Source of the DNA: Heterodontus francisci
Taxonomy: Eukaryota
DNA: 64,000 nucleotides
NCBI RefSeq assembly: GCF_036365525.1
Contig: NC_090394.1
Location: 68,110,741-68,174,740 of the forward strand
Direction: 5' to 3'
In this document: positions 63,905 to 64,000 of the stretch, in pieces
Numbering within the stretch: position 1 is the stretch's first letter
Layout: every line of letters starts with the position of its first letter
Notes under the pieces: generated by a model
Seen by the model: the letters and a program-made list of their open reading frames with translations, nothing else
What the model was told of the DNA's origin: nothing
Databases searched by the model: none
Program-made: the position numbers and the translations under genes

Positions 63905-64000
63905 CGGAAAATACTGCGGATGCTGGAAATCAGGAACAAAAACAGAAAATGCCGGAAATACTCAGCAGGTCAGGCAGTTTTTGTGGAAAGAGAGACGGAG
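63905..64000 (-). mobile_element. Penelope-like element terminus (runs off the window)
   Basis: AAAATACTGCGGATGCTGGAAATC..CTCAGCAGGTCAGGCAG matches 13121-13200. Confidence 0.85.

Noticed and set aside
1-64000. CRISPR arrays, rRNA, prokaryotic operons
   Set aside because: No regularly spaced repeats or gene-dense structure; the content is vertebrate repeat DNA

Overview
Repeat-dense, apparently intergenic or intronic vertebrate DNA, most likely from a shark or other elasmobranch (HE1-like V-SINEs, SacSINE1/DeuSINE-like SINEs, HER1/CR1 LINEs). No host protein-coding exon could be supported, and the recognisable ORFs are transposon relics: CR1, L2, RTE, Tx1, Penelope-like elements (PLEs) with hammerhead ribozyme motifs, a ~4 kb PIF/Harbinger with both genes, MITEs and three solo LTRs. 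The most unusual object is a ~3.1 kb single-ORF CR1-group LINE (15028-18450, minus strand). Its 5' end is a tRNA-derived head with Pol III A/B boxes, its sense strand has almost no T4+ terminators, and two SINEs in the window look like its internal-deletion derivatives. This makes it a candidate Pol III-driven autonomous retrotransposon with a daughter SINE. Other highlights are palindromic hammerhead-bearing PLE insertions, a Harbinger inserted at a ribozyme cleavage site, two 5'-inverted RTE copies with nearly coincident breakpoints, a 56-bp TSD that creates a CR1-RTE fusion ORF, five-level nesting, and two local templated duplications. Family names come from recognising motifs, not from database searches, and boundaries of old elements are approximate.
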